Shown piece by piece: positions 25,401-29,700 of a stretch of 64,000 nt of DNA. The position numbers and the translations under genes are program-made. The stretch's first letter is position 1. Each line of letters opens with the position of its first letter. Below the pieces are notes generated by a model. That model was not told the origin of the DNA. It ran no database searches and saw only the letters and a list, made by a program, of their open reading frames with translations. The DNA comes from Candidatus Oxydemutatoraceae bacterium (GTDB lineage: Bacteria > Pseudomonadota > Gammaproteobacteria > Poriferisulfidales > Oxydemutatoraceae), in NCBI GenBank assembly GCA_965219575.1, contig OZ244779.1, positions 908,769-972,768 on the forward strand. The letters run 5' to 3'.

Positions 25401-26323
25401 TTAAAGACAACGCCTGCTGCATAACTATTAATAACAGACCCCACTCTATCAACTTCGCCCACCAGACTACCCGTATCGACACTGTGCAATAAAACATTAA
25501 TATTCGCATAGCTGTTGATAATTCTGCCTCTACTGTAGCCACAGATGCCGCCAACATCGGACCCACCTGAAACAGTGCCATGTGCATAACTGTTAATAAT
25601 TAAGCCGCTACTCTGGTTTCTACCGGCTAAAAGACCTGCATATCTACCTCTTGTTGCAACCGAGCTGTCATCGCTAACATAGACATTCATGAGTCTGCCT
25701 TCATTCCTACCGACTATGCCACCGGCCCAAGTATCACCTTCTACTTGTATTTTCAATAGTCCGAGATTGCGAATGGTACCGCTATTGCCGGCAAACAAGC
25801 CTACATAATCATTGTTGTCTCTATTGATTTGCAAGTTGGAAATGCGATATCCGTTGCCGTCAAAAATACCGGCAAAACAATCATTATTGGGATTCGTGCA
25901 GGCACTACTAACAACAGAACCTATAGGCGGCCAGCCTGGTTTCCCGGTGCTCCTGAAATCATCGTCGCTAAGCACCCAATCGTTGTTGACCACACCCGAT
26001 ACATAGCTCTGCGTCGTCGTAAAATCTAAATTCCCGACCAACTCATAACCGTTACAACCGTCCGTAGGACAACCTGTGCTAAGTATTACATTCCCACGCC
26101 GTAGACCGGTACCGTTAAGACTATGCCGTATCGCATCCACATCTTCTAAATAGCACAGCTCTATCAAACCGTCGTCGTCGTCGTCTATGTCTACGGGGGT
26201 GTTGGGATCGTTATCAATTTCGGCAGCACAATCATCGATACTTTCATTTTGTGCGAACACCGGTTGCGCAATAAACAAACCTAAAAAGAGTAGAAAACCG
26301 TATTTACTAAAATCTATACCCAT
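2..26323 (-). CDS. Giant exported repeat protein / putative adhesin (>8,770 aa, 3'-truncated by the window edge): signal peptide, five GLUG-type modules with cadherin-like beta-sandwich spacers, then ~27 two-domain Ig/cadherin-like repeats
   Basis: ATG at 26323 reads MGIDFSKYGFLLFLGLFIAQPVFAQNESIDDCAAEIDNDPNTPVDIDDDDDGLIELCYLED, nearly identical to the N-terminus of the 3070-aa ORF. The same frame at the left edge reads QIATVNASGNGIMRTL, and spot checks at 2189, 10607, 16328 and 25064 are in frame. No long stop-terminated minus ORF is listed here, consistent with a frame open to the edge. Not every codon was checked. Confidence 0.88.
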   Translation of the reverse strand, partial: MGIDFSKYGFLLFLGLFIAQPVFAQNESIDDCAAEIDNDPNTPVDIDDDDDGLIELCYLEDVDAIRHSLNGTGLRRGNVILSTGCPTDGCNGYELVGNLDFTTTQSYVSGVVNNDWVLSDDDFRSTGKPGWPPIGSVVSSACTNPNNDCFAGIFDGNGYRISNLQINRDNNDYVGLFAGNSGTIRNLGLLKIQVEGDTWAGGIVGRNEGRLMNVYVSDDSSVATRGRYAGLLAGRNQSSGLIINSYAHGTVSGGSDVGGICGYSRGRIINSYANINVLLHSVDTGSLVGEVDRVGSVINSYAAGVVFNTENWGSVGGLIGDIDNARIRVSNSYSIAEVRSTAGGGLIGERDSDSSIIDSYWNIMTSGKTTSAGGTGLTTAQLQMPTNQNAAMGIYANWSSDDWDFGTSRTYAALRYARGDDSDNPACDVDPGTSLPPCGAVLSGQTIRNQGLSILFFVTDRVQRNNARVFADQPFSPVVFDYDIKMPSTTKLQLRPYAINSTETISITKENDTEDADHFAAKRSGELSNDITLQADTTEVVTITVRDVTYTLNIEVGPEDRLDIMRFDSTPVAGSIVDEKQPVNLTVKIDGDSENYAYWLQQGDTVLEQRQSTTVTETFSVVIPPDFVAADKTTQSIVYTITVDDGFEIASGALMLTVSKENNGAPQLELNVSPTVLRIISVTDDPDGVGTFSYQWQRRDEGDSDWSDISVTNSYTVSDNSTSTTRYRVIVNHTDDQGYVDTYQVGPFPIDVDSDDDRLIDVYYLEDLNAIRYQLDGSGYRPSTSATKITSGCPNTGCNGYELVRDLGFTMTQSYISGVVNDDWVLSDDDFRATAKSGWSPIGSVANNDCSNTSSDCFTGVFEGNGYSISNLQINRDSANDIAMFAGNTGTIGNFRLSEIRVEGNSRVGGLVGRNEGRLMNVYVDGDSLITGRNNFAGLLASLNSGLIINSYAQGTVSGDFNVGGFIGENSGTIINSYANTDVSGLGTFIGSLVGFSKGSSQVINSYAIGSAANLANQSATGGLIGASSGISSMVSNSYSTAEVRNTNGGGLIGSGNITVRDSYWDIVTSGRMGSVGGSGLTTAQLQMPTNQNAVMSIYANWSSDDWDFGTSRTYAALRYAGGDDSDNPACDVNPDTPLPPCGAVLSGQTGSDKGLSILFFVTDGVQRDNAEVFADLPFSPVVFDYDIKIPSLGTEIELIPYALNNTATISVFRASDRNTDYFMDKRSGERSLPIPFPENTLTLEIVVGTDPKDTSSVTYSIIVTNTVDRVVLEEIIAPDKVSEGDAISLSAAVMGGDTNNYSYQWTSDPAAFLAVQDRTTATLSFNVPTDFVSRDATDQDVKITLAVGDGLTSSSATRTVTIAKVDNGVPSFTETVTVSSISIAVVPESDADGDGTIDSYTWQRRSAGEAEWTTIGGQTSAMFSIPPEDNGDTLYRVQVMSTDVQGNGFTSILGPYRNRTDIDDDDDGLIDIYYLEDLDAVRHQTDGSGYGITDITRGCPSVGGSETCMGYELRRDLDFASTPSYVDTATHSAMWTVDNFAATNDSGWDPIGSVANNDCSNTSSDCFTGVFEGNGYSLSNLQINRDSANDIAMFVGNTGTIGNFRLSEIRVEGNSRVGGLVSRNEGRLMNVYVDGDSLITGRNNFAGLLASLNSGLIINSYAQGTVSGDFNVGGFIGENSGTIINSYANTDVSGLGTFIGSLVGFSKGSSQVINSYATGSAANLANQSATGGLIGASSGISSMVSNSYSTAEVRNTNGGGLIGSGNITVRDSYWDIVTSGIMRSVGGSGLTTAQLQMPTNQNAVMSIYANWSSDDWDFGTSRTYAALRYAGGDDSDNPACDVNPDTPLPPCGAVLSGQTGSDKGLSILFFVTDGVQRDNAEVFADLPFSPVVFDYDIKIPSLGTEIELIPYALNNTATISVFRASDRNTDYFMDKRSGERSLPIPFPENTLTLEIVVGTDPKDTSSVTYSIIVTNTVDRVVLEEIIAPDKVSEGDAISLSAAVMGGDTNNYSYQWTSDPAAFLAVQDRTTATLSFNVPTDFVSRDATDKDVEITLTVGDGLTSSSATRTVNIAKVDNGVPSFTETVTVSSISIAVVPGSDADGDGTIDSYTWQRRSAGEAEWTTIGGQTSAMFSIPTRDNGGTLYRVQVMSTDVQGNGFTSILGPYRNRIDIDDDDDGLIDIYYLEDLDAVRHQTDGSGYGITDITRGCPSVGGSETCMGYELRRDLDFASTPSYVDTATHSAMWTVDNFAATNDSGWDPIGSVANNSCSDASSDCFAGVFEGNGYSISNLQINRNAHNDIAMFAGNTGTIGNFRLSEIRVEGNSRVGGLVGRNEGRLMNVYVDGDSLITGRNNFAGLLASLNSGLIINSYAQGTVSGDFNVGGFIGENSGTIINSYANTDVSGLATFIGSLVGFSKGSSQVINSYAIGSAANLANQSATGGLIGASSGISSMVSNSYSTAEVRNTNGGGLIGSGNITVRDSYWDIVTSGRMGSVGGSGLTTAQLQMPTNQNAVMSIYANWSSDDWDFGTSRTYAALRYAGGDDSDNPACDVNPDTPLPPCGAVLSGQTGSDKGLSILFFVTDGVQRDNAEVFADLPFSPVVFDYDIKIPSLGTEIELIPYALNNTATISVFRASDRNTDYFMDRRSGERSLPIPFPENTLTLEIVVGTDPGDTSSVTYSIIVTNTVDRVVLEEIIAPDRVSEGDAISLSAAVMGGDTNNYSYQWTSDPAAFLAVQDRTTATLSFNVPTDFVSRDATDKDVEITLTVGDGLTSSSATRTVTIAKVDNGVPSFTETVTVSSISIAVVPESDADGDGTIDSYTWQRRNAGEAEWTTIDDQTSAMFSIPTRDNGGTFYRVQVMSIDVQGNGFTSILGPYRNRIDIDDDDDGLIDIYYLEDLDAVRHQTDGSGYGTTDITRGCRLVGGSETCMGYELRRDLDFASTPSYVDIATHSAMWTVDNFAATNDSGWDPIGSVANNNCSDASSDCFAGIFEGNGYRISNLQINRDSANEIGMFSGNTGTIRNFGLREIEVEGNFRTGGLVGRNEGNLINAHVIESRVEGVGNVVGLLVGVSSGLIINSYVRGTVLGFSWAAGICGVNARGRIINSYAEVMASGARAISGLVAENQGTIRNSYAMGSAHITSNDINNRRGVGGLIAILWTGTNPSVTNTYSTVRVTADSSNVNIGGLISSRHSSNPPVTASYWDTDTSEQTASPGGGTGRTTAQLQMPTAPGVVANDVYYQWSTDDWDFGTTEQYPALLYNEVAGVDACDADVLTPLPRCGSLLPGQRLVPISENTDPAITLTPSTVQTLLLNSTAHIVVSVADSNYSRGDRVTLTAMPSNRTIVSVMPMQVADITTDTSIRFVLNAEQSGVATITFTAEDSRGLSHSAVLWVQVEANTDPTITLIPSTARTLPLNSMAHIVVSVADSNYVNGDRVTLTAMSSSRTIVSVMPIQVDNITTDTSIRFVLNAEQGGVATITFTAEDNNGLSHSADLSVRVNAPPTLSGIPEQPLRLLEGMNTELELTLADANADDTLDISIDTDDSMIANATIIATTGDIRTLEIVGVGAGNTTITVTVNDGRGATNSQVSAQFAVQVEANTDPAITLTPATAQTLPLNSTAHIVVSVADSNYVNGDRVTLTAMSSSRTIVSVMPIQVADITTDTSVRFVLSAEQGGVATITFTAEDSRRLSHSAVLSVRVNAPPTLSDIPEQPVSLLEGTNTELRLTLGDANTDDTLDISVDTDDGRIASATIIATIGAVRTLEIVGVGAGNTTITVTVNDGRGVANSQVSAQFAVQVQANIAPTITLTPVTAQTLPLNSTANIVVSVADGNFNLNDVVTLTAMSSNPSVISVIPMQVADITTDTSIRFVLNAEQSGVATITFTAEDNNGLSHSAALSVRANAPPTLSGIPEQPVSLLEGMNTELRLTLADANADDTLDISVDIDDGMIASATIIATIGDIRTLEIVGVGAGNTTITVTVNDGRGIANSQVSAQFAVQVEANIAPTITLTPSTVQTLPLNSTANIVVLVADSNYGDGDRVTLTAISSSRTIVSVVPMQVADITTDTSIRFVLNAERSGVATITFTAEDSNGLSHSAALSVRVNASPTLSGIPEQPLRLLEGMNTELRLTLADANADDTLDISVDIDDGMIASATIIATIGDIRTLEIVGVGAGNTTITVTVNDGRGIANSQVSAQFAVQVEANIAPTITLTPSTVQTLPLNSTANIVVLVADSNYGDGDRVTLTAISSSRTIVSVVPMQVADITTDTSIRFVLNAERSGVATITFTAEDSNGLSHSAALSVRVNAPPTLSGTPEQPLRLLEGMNTELELTIADANVDDILTIAVESNDTQIAMVNASGSGAIRTLEIVGGGGGNTTITVTVNDGRGVANSQVSAQFAVQVQANTPPTIILTPTTAQTLAINSTTGIVVSVADSNFNLNDVVTLTAMSLSRTIVSVIPIQVDDITTDTSIRFVLDAEQGGVATITFTAQDSNGLSHSAALSARVNAPPTLNGIPEQPLKLLEGMNISIDVTLGDANADDTLTIAVESNDTQIATVNASGSGAVRTLEIVGVGAGNTTITVAVNDGRGVANSQVSAQFAVQVEANTDPTIILTPSTAQTLPLNSTAHIVVSVADSNFNLNDVVILTAISSSRTIVSVVPMQVDDITTDTSIRFVLSAEQGGVATITFTATDSRRLSHSADLSVRVNAPPTLSGIPEQPLRLLEGMNTSINVTLGDANADDTLTIAVESSDTQIATVNASGNGIIRTLEIVGVGAGNTTITVTVNDGRGVANSQVSAQFAVQVEANTDPTITLTPSTAQTLPLNSTTHIVVSVADGNFNLNDVVTLTAMSSSRTIVSVMPVQVADITTDTANTFTLNALQSGVATITFTADDSNGLSHSVDLSVRANAPPTLSGIPQQPLRLLESMNTELELTIADANADDTLTIAVESSDMQIATVNASDNGTMRTLEIVGVGAGNTTITVTVNDGRGVANSQVSAQFAVQVEANTDPTITLTPSTAQTLPLNSTTHIVVSVADGNFNLNDVVTLTAMSSSRTIVSVMPMQVTDITTDTSMRFVLDAEQGGVATITFTATDSRRLSHSADLSVRANAPPTLQGIPEQPVSLLEGMNTELRLTLADANADDTLTIAIESSDTQIATVNASGNGTMRTLEIVGVGAGNTTITVTVNDGRGVANSQVSAQFAVQVEANTDPTITLTPSTAQTLLLNSTTHIVVSVADNNYSRGDSVTLTAVSSSRTIVSVVPMQVTDITTDTSIRFVLSAEQGGVATITFTAEDSRRLSHSAALSVRANAPPTLQGIPEQPLRLLEGMNTSINVTLGDANADDTLTIAVESSDTQIATVNASSNGTMRTLEIVGVGAGNTTITVSVNDGRGVANSQVSAQFAVQVEANTDPAITLTPSTAQTLPLNSTANIVVSVADGNFNLNDVVILTAMSSSRTIVSVVPMQVDDITTDTSIRFVLDAEQDGVATIIFTAEDNNGLSHSAALSVRANAPPTLSGIPEQPVSLLEGMNTELELTIADANADDTLTIAVESSDMQIATVNASGNGTMRTLEIVGVGAGNTTITVTVNDGRGVANSQVSTQFAVQVEANIAPTITLIPATAQTLPLNSTAHVVVSVADSNFNLNDVVILTAISSNETIVSVTSPTTITDITDDTANTFTLNALQGGVATITFTAEDSNGLSHSAALSVRANAPPTLSGIPEQPVSLLEGMNTELELTIADANADDTLTIVVESNNTQVATANASGTGAVRTLEIVGVGAGNTTITVTVNDGRGVANSQVSAQFAVQVQANIAPMITLTPTTAQTLAINSTTGIVVSVADSNYGDNDNITLTAISSNETIVSVTSPTTITDITDDTANTFTLNALQGGVATITFTAEDSNGLSHSVALSVRANAPPTLSGIPEQPLRLLEGMNTSINVTLADANADDTLTIVVESNNTQVATANASGTSAVRTLEIVGVGAGNTTITVTVNDGRGVANSQVSAQFAVQVQANIAPMITLTPATMQTLPLNSTANIVVSVVDSNYGDNDNITLTAISSNETIVSVTSPTTITDITDDTANTFTLNALQGGVATITFTAEDSNGLSHSVALSVRANAPPTLSDIPEQPLKLLEGMNTSIDVTLADANADDTLTIAVESSDTQIATVNASGDGTMRTLEIVGVGAGNTTITVTVNDGRGVANSQVSAQFAVRVQANIAPMITLTPATMQTLPLNSTAHIVVSVADSNFNLNDVVTLTAVSSNRTIVSVMPIQVDDIMTDTSIRFVLDAEQGGVATITFTAEDNNGLSHSADLSVRVNAPPTLSDIPEQPVSLLEGMNTELELTIADANADDTLDISVDIDDSRIASATIIATTGAVRTLEIVGIGAGNTMITVTVNDGRGATNSQVSARFAIQVQANIAPMITLTPATAQTLPLNSTAHIIVSVADGNFNLNDVVTLTAMSSSRTTVSVIPMRVADITTDTSIRFVLDAEQGGVATIIFTAQDSNGLSYSAALSVRANAPPTLQGIPEQPLRLLEGMNTSINVTLGDANADDTLTIAVESNDTLIATVNASGSGATRTLEIVGVGAGNTTITVSVNDGRGVANSQVSAQFAVQVQANIAPMITLTPATMQTLPLNSTAHIVVSVVDSNYGDNDNITLTAMSSNETIVSVTSPTTITDITDDTANTFTLNALQGGVATITFTAEDNNGLSHSADLSVRANAPPTLSSIPEQPLRLLEGMNTSINVTLADANADDTLTIAVESSDTQIATVNASGNGTMRTLEIVGVGAGNTTITVTVNDGRGVANSQVSAQFAVQVQANIAPMITLTPATAQTLPLNSTAHIVVSVVDSNYGDNDNITLTAMSSSRTIVSVVPIQVDNITTDRSMRFVLDAKQDGVATITFTAQDSNGLSHSVDLSVRANAPPTLQGIPQQPLRLLEGMNTSINVMLGDANADDTLTVAVESSDTQIATVNASGNGIMRTLEIVGIGAGNTTITVTVNDGRGVANSQVSAQFAVQVQANIAPMITLTPATAQTLPLNSTAHIVVSVADSNYVNSDRVTLTAMSSSRTTVSVIPMRVADITTDTSIRFVLDAEQGGVAMITFTAADNNGLSHSAALSVRVNASPALNDIPEQPVRLLEGMNTELELTIADANADDTLTIAVESNDTQVATVNASGTGAVRTLEIVGVGAGNTTITVAVNDGRGVANSQVSAQFAVQVQANIAPTITLTPATAQTLPLDSTANIVVSVADSNFNLNDVVILTAMSSSRTIVSVVPIQVADITTDTSMHFVLDAKQGGVATITFTAEDSNGLSHSAALSVRANAPPTLSGIPEQPLRLLEGMNTSINVTLGDANADDILTIAVESNDTQIAMVNASGSGAIRTLEIVGIGAGNTTITVTVNDGRGVANSQVSAQFAVQVEANIAPMITLTPSTMQTLPLDSTAHIVVLVADSNYGDGDCVTLTAISSNETIVSVTSPTTITDIIDDTANTFTLNALQGGVATITFTAQDSNGLSHSAVLSVRVNAPPTLSGIPEQPLRLLEGMNTSINVTLGDANADDIPTIAVESNDTQIATVNASGSGAVRMLEIVGVGAGNTTITVTVNDGRGVANSQVSARFAVQVQANIAPTITLTPSTARTLPLNSTANIVVSVADSNFNLNDVVTLTAMSSSRTIVSVVPMQVDDITTDTRIRFVLDAEQGGVATITFTAEDNNGLSHSAALSVRANAPPTLSGIPEQPVSLLEGMNTELRLAIADANADDIPTIAVESSDMQIATVNASSNGTMRTLEIVGVGAGNTTITVTVNDGRGVANSQVSAQFAVQVEANIAPMITLTPSTMQTLPLNSTANIVVSVADSNFNLNDVVTLTAVSSNRTIVSVMPMQVTDITTDTRIRFVLDAEQGGVATITFTATDNNGLSHSAALSVRANAPPTLSGIPEQPVSLLEGMNTELRLTLADANADDTLTIAVESSDTQIATVNASGNGTMRTLEIVGVGAGNTTITVTVNDGRGVANSQVSAQFAVQVEANTDPTITLTPSTAQTLPLNSTTHIVVSVADNNYSRGDSVTLTAMSSNETIVSVTSPTTITDITDDTANTFTLNALQSGVATITFTAEDNNGLSHSAALSVRANAPPTLSGIPEQPVSLLEGMNTELRLTLADANADDTLTIAVESSDTQIATVNASGDGTMRTLEIVGIGAGNTTITVTVNDGRGVANSQVSAQFAVQVEANIAPTITLTPATMQTLPLNSTAHIVVSVADSNYVNGDRVTLTAMSSNETIVSVTSPTTITDITDDTANTFTLNALQSGVATITFTAEDNNGLSHSADLSVRANAPPTLQGVPEQPLRLLEGMNTSINVMLGDANADDTLTIAVESSDMQIATVNASGNGTMRTLEIVGVGAGNTTITVTVNDGRDATNSQVSAQFAVQVEANIAPTITLTPATAQTLPLNSTVNIVVSVADSNFNLNDVVTLTAVSSNRTIVSVTSPTTITDITDDTANTFTLSALQGGVATITFTATDNNGLSHSVALSVRANAPPTLSGIPEQPLRLLEGMNTSIDVTLGDANADDTLTIAVESSDTQIATVNASGNGIMRTLEIVGAGAGNTTITVSVNDGRGVANSQVSAQFAVQVQANIAPMITLTPSTPQTLPLDSTTHIVVLVADSNYGDGDRVTLTAMSSSRTIVSVVPIHVADITTDTRIRFVLDAEQEGVATVTFIAKDSNGLSDSASLSVRVNAPPTLSGIPEQPLKLLEGMNTSINVMLGDANADDTLTVAVESSDTQIATVNASGNGIMRTL
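17414..23803 (-). repeat. Three near-identical tandem 2130-bp (710-aa) units, each a GLUG-type module plus cadherin-like/Ig domains
   Basis: cagaaccgatagg occurs at 17401, 19531, 21661 and 23791. Identical antisense ORFs start at 18439, 20569 and 22699 (period 2130). Confidence 0.95.
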
Positions 26324-26485
26324 TACATTTTCACAAAAGAAAAAATGCAATCGCAAGCAATCTTGCTAAGTTGCTCGAGAGGGAAATGCAACCGTAGACA
26401 ATCTTGCTACGTTGCTAGAAGGGGAAAAAAGAGAGGATTATGTATATGCCCGATAAGTCGAACAAATTTATAGTGATATCCTCCG

Positions 26486-26513
26486 ATTATATCCAATTCG
26501 CCTATTTATGCAA
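26486..26513 (-). promoter_or_regulatory. Sigma70-type promoter of giant gene 1 (TTGCAT-N16-TATAAT)
   Basis: Reverse complement reads TTGCAT aaataggcgaattgga TATAAT, ~160 bp upstream of the ATG, and is conserved upstream of gene 2. Confidence 0.65.
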
Positions 26514-26551
26514 TAGCTTTGACGTTCCTGTAAGCGCAAAGTAGTAGTGTG

Positions 26552-26760
26552 AGACTGTTGAAAAAGTGCTTGCATCGCAAAAATTCAACCGCTTACGCCA
26601 CCCAATTACGCAAACCAACTGCGCCATTTGGTTTTGGTTTCCATAAATTGTATGGATGAATGTATAAATCGTACCGATCAACGCGTTACGGGCAGAACAG
26701 AGCCGCCGATTGAGCTTGTAGAGGCTGACTCGCATGTCCGCCCGATAGGTCAATCGGCTA
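26552..26760. repeat. Intergenic MITE/REP-like mosaic repeat (partial copy)
   Basis: Starts with gactgttgaaaaagt, shares the ttttggtttccataaattg...gatgaatgtataaatcgt block with 36400-36450, and ends in a gccgattga...tcaatcggc stem (26705-26758). Confidence 0.75.
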
Positions 26761-26762
26761 TC

Positions 26763-29700
26763 CTATTGGAGGGGACCCTCTAAAAATACTTTGGCACGTA
26801 TCCTGATGACCTCGGAGGTTTCCACCTGCACCGCAAGATCAGACGAGTATACATTCCTCGTATAGGCTTGCAGATCGGTATACGCTATCCGCACACGGAA
26901 CCTATCGCCTGAGCGCACCCGATGGTTCGGAGGCACCGATAGTGTGTTCGGAACATCGTAGAAAATCTCGCTATCGCCTAAGATACCGGTCTGCCCGGCA
27001 ATGTCCTGCCAACCCGAACCGTCCCCCGCATCTATCGAACAATTATTGCCTAGACTTCCCAAACATTGTTGCCAGTAATAGGTCACAGCACCGCGCACGC
27101 CACCGTCGGTCTCACTCGTCTCGTCTATACCGGTACAGATCAATCGTGTCTCGGTGGTAGGAGATCTGACGAGGTCGTTTACCGATACCACGCCGTTATC
27201 TTCCTTGTTCGCTACCACCGAGAACATTCCTATCGTCGCAGTCGTCCCGTCACTCACTACCACCACAAAGCTGGCCGTCGCCGTATCGGCAGTCGCATCG
27301 GTTACGAAGTAGTCGCGAATAGTTAATGATGCCGTATCTCCGGACATATCGCGTGCGTTCGCATTGATGCCACTCACAAGCCAACTATAGCTTAAGCTAT
27401 CGAAGTTCTCGTCGGATGCCTCGGCAGTCATAAGCACCGTGCCCCCCTCGGTCGTCGGTGAAGGTGCAACATTAACCAGAGTAATCATCGGTGCGATGTT
27501 CGGCACCGTATACACACTGGATCGGGTCGTTTCTCGTTCGATGTTATCGATAACCATAACCTCTACTCTATAGCTTGTTCCTGCGGCTCGTGATGCTCTG
27601 TTGTCGGGGATGCGATATTCATTCTCAGTTGCACCGTCTATCGAAGTGTCGTTGATAAACCAACGAGAGCTCGTCGTCGCAATCCCGTTGGCATCGGCTA
27701 TCGTTGAAATCGTACGCAACCGCCATCTATCGTCGCTGTCTGCTTCTATGCGCACAGCACCGGTCAGCGGGGCGTCTATCAGTAGTGTGAAGCCTGTCTG
27801 CACACTACCACCTCTGCCGTCATCCGCCGACACCGTCACGATAGAGCCCGTCATGTTTCGGCTGGCATCGGTATCGGTTGCCGTGAATGTCCATGTGCCG
27901 TTAGTGGTGCTGAAGCCGTCTGTCAAGTTGCTCGGCGGTACTATTGCGATATTGTAGGTCAAGACATCGTCGTCGGCATCGCTAAAGAAGTCGGCGGTCT
28001 GTAGCTCAAACGGCACATCGACCGTTGCGACAATGGCTTGAGTCGGCACCCGATCGCCGAGTCTCGGCGGGGTATTGACGGTCACTACCAAGATGCCACT
28101 ACTGCTTAAATTTACGCTGTCGGTCGCAGTGAAGGTAATCGTTGCTACCCCGCTTTGCCGGGCGTTTAACATAAAGGTTCTACTCGTATCGGTCGTTATA
28201 TCGGCAATGCGCTGCGGCAGCACCGATACCACCGATGGAGTTGACGACACCGCCGTCAATGTAACAACATCGTCTAAATTGAAATTGCCGTCCGCAACCG
28301 AGACGACAATATCGGTCATACCGTTGATCGGTAGCGTTTGAGCCGATGACGGTGCAACCGATATCGCCGGGGCGGTGTTCTCCACCACTGTCACATCAAA
28401 CACTAATGAAGCCGTAGAGTTTACTTCGCCGGTGCCGTCGTCCACCGTTGCGGTAATCATCGCCTCACCGGGACTTTCTCCGCTAATCTCAAGCGTGCGA
28501 TCGGCACCGTCGCCGCTAATCGTTGCGCTTGCAATCGTATCGTCGGCGGAAACAACTTCTACATTCAATGTGCCGCCGTCTTCATCGTCCACCGACACAT
28601 CCACCGTGATACGACCCCTCTCAAGCAATGTGATATCGGTGTCTTGGGAGTCATCAACCCTAATCGTCGGTGTCGTGTTTTGTCCCAACCTAGCACCTAG
28701 ATTAGGCGAGTATACAGTCCTCGTATAGGCTTGCAAGTCGGTATACGCTATCCTGACACGGAACCTATCGCCTGCGCGCACCCGATGGTTTTGAGGTGAC
28801 GACAACATATCCGGAACCTCATAGAAAATATCGCTATCGCCCAAAGTGCCGGTCTGCCCGGCAATGTCCTGCCAACCCGAACCGTCCCCCGCATCTATCG
28901 AACAATGATCGCCTCGACTTCCCAAGCATTGCTGCCAGTGATAGGTCACATCGCCGCGCGCCCCACCGTCGGTCTCACCCGTCTCGTCTATGCCGGTAAA
29001 GATCAATCGTGTCTCGGTGGTAGGAGATCTGACGAGGTCGTTTACCGATACCACGCCGTTATCTTCCTTGTTCACCATCACCGAGAACATGCCTGTCGTC
29101 GCAGTCGTTCCGTCGCTCACTACCACCATAAAGCTCGCCGTCGCCGTATCGGCAGTCGCATCGGTCACAAAGTAGTCGCGAATAGTTAACGGTGCCGTAG
29201 CTCCCGACACATCGGCTTCGTCGGCATTGATGCTACTCACGCGCCACCTATAGCTTAAGCTATCGAAGTTCTCGTCGGATGCCTCGGCAGTCATACTAAC
29301 CGTGCCACCCTCGCTTACCGGGGACGGTGCGACATTAACCAGCGTAATCATCGGAGCGATATTCGCCACCATATACACATTGGATCGTGTCGTCACCGAT
29401 TGTCCGATGTTATCTACAACCGTTGCCTCCAGCCTATAGCGTGTGCCGGCGGTTCGCGACGGTCTATCGTCGGGGATGCGATAGTCATTCTCGGTTGCGC
29501 CGTCTATCAAAGTGTCGTTGATAAACCAACGATAGCTGGTTGTCGCAATCCCGTTGGCATCGGCGAGCGTTGATATCGTACGCAACCGCCATCTATCGTC
29601 GCTGACCGGTGCTATGTGCACAGCACCGGTCAGCGGCGCGTCTATCAATAGTGTGAAGCTCGCCTGCACGCGACCGCCTCTGCCGTCATCCGCCGACACC

